Notes under the pieces: model-generated | What the model saw: only the letters and a program-made list of their open reading frames with translations | Told to the model about the DNA's origin: nothing | The model's database searches: none | In this document: piece after piece, positions 62,795 to 64,000 of the stretch | Layout: each line of letters begins with the position of its first letter | Position numbering within the stretch: position 1 is the stretch's first letter | Assembly (NCBI GenBank): GCA_963514005.1 | Contig: OY740786.1 | Span: forward strand, 66,340,001-66,404,000 | Origin: Raja brachyura | Taxonomy: Eukaryota | Length of the DNA stretch: 64,000 nt | Reading direction: 5' to 3' | Program-made: the position numbers and the translations under genes

Positions 62795-64000
62795 TTGTTT
62801 AATATTTTTATTAGAAGCAATGCATAATGCCAATGATATAACAGTTTTTCAAATACACATTTAACTTGTTTCAAAAGTTATACAACTATTACGGAATGAT
62901 TTATATAAGCTATTTTTTTTTTAGAAAGTAAAGAGGTGAAAGGATAGGTGCTTAATCAAAGAGGAGTCTGATTAAATAATATTGATTATGATTATATATT
63001 TTAAAAAAATGTAAAAAACACAATAAAAAAATAAAAATAAAAATTAATAAAAAATAATACAAGCAAACAATTATTATACTTCAAAAAAAAATGTAAAAAA
63101 AGGAAGTATACATCTTAACAATGAATGGAACAATTTCACATAACAATATCTATAGAGACGTGTATACAAATCTCAGAATAGATCTTTTCATCCAATCCTG
63201 CTGCCGGGTATTTATTGAGTTACAATGCTGAGCTCAGCTACTCCCTCATATAGTCAGTAAATGAAGACCATATTTGTGCAAAAAGTTCATATTTGTCCAT
63301 TAGGACAAACCTGATTCTCTCCAAATGCAGCGTCTCCAACATTTCCACTGTCCACATTTTAATTGTAGGGGATAATGTTCCCTTCCAAAAATGTTAATAT
63401 TAATTTTTTTCCAATTATTAAACTGTAATCAAGAACATTTCTTTGATTTACTGTAAATATTTGATTTGAATCTGAAACTCCTAATATTATTAGCTTTGGG
63501 TCAGGATCCAATTTAATCTTAAGAACTATAGAAATGATTAAAAAAATTTCAGTCCAATAACTATTAAGTTTTGTACGTGTTACAAAACTATGCGTTAAAT
63601 TAGCTTCTGAGTACTGACATTTATCACAAATAGGGGAGATGTTAGGAAAAATTCTATTTAATTTCGTTTTTGAATAATGTAATCTATGTAATACTTTGAA
63701 TTTTATCAACGTATGTCTGGCATTTAACGAACAACGGTGTATACGTTGTAGACTTTCTTCCCAAGTGTCTTTTAATATAGATAAGCCTGTTTCATTTTCC
63801 CATGTTTGTCGGTATGATTCTGTTGTTGGAATTTCCCTATCCAAAAGAGTATTTTATATATATATATATATGCTATTTGTTTTTCTGTATTTGGGTGCTT
63901 GTTGAGCACTTCATCCAATAATCCTAGTTCTCTATTTTTATAATCTTGCACGTTTGATTTGATATAATCTCTAATTTGTAAATACCCAAACAAGTTATTT
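62795..64000 (-). mobile_element. L1-clade LINE 3' fragment, same family as 35305-37120
   Basis: YLQIRDYIKSN, IKFKVLHRLHYSKTKL, CDKC; 3' UTR homologous to 36720-37120. Confidence 0.93.

Noticed and set aside
35977-64000. Long inverted repeat between 35977-37120 and 62795-64000
   Set aside because: Two independently inserted, diverged L1 3' ends, not the termini of one element

Overview
Vertebrate genomic DNA, most likely from a cartilaginous fish (skate/ray; inferred from the repeat landscape of CR1, Rex1, L1, Penelope, Tc1, Harbinger, hAT and Helitron elements and from protein divergence). Two divergently transcribed genes were reconstructed by hand with phase-consistent GT-AG splice sites. 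MPHOSPH8 (MPP8, HUSH chromodomain subunit) is on the minus strand: coding exons 1-7 run from 25317 to 2382 and the gene continues off the left edge. CENPJ (CPAP/SAS-4) is on the plus strand: promoter ~38000, seven coding exons from 39952 to 52127, continuing off the right edge. Introns and the intergenic gap are dense with nested mobile elements. Most notable observations: (1) a Helitron carrying an apparently captured ALG13 exon 1 with its splice donor; (2) an unclassified TIR element carrying an intact NLS + Spindlin/Tudor-like ORF; (3) a degenerate epsilon-like endogenous retrovirus with a tRNA-Ser PBS, a 2H-like motif, env and an LTR split by a Helitron; (4) many Penelope-derived minimal hammerhead-like motifs; (5) a 1.4-kb 22-bp minisatellite whose seed is shared with a MITE; (6) no PARP4 between CENPJ and MPHOSPH8. 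All homology calls come from recalled protein and motif sequences; no database search was run.
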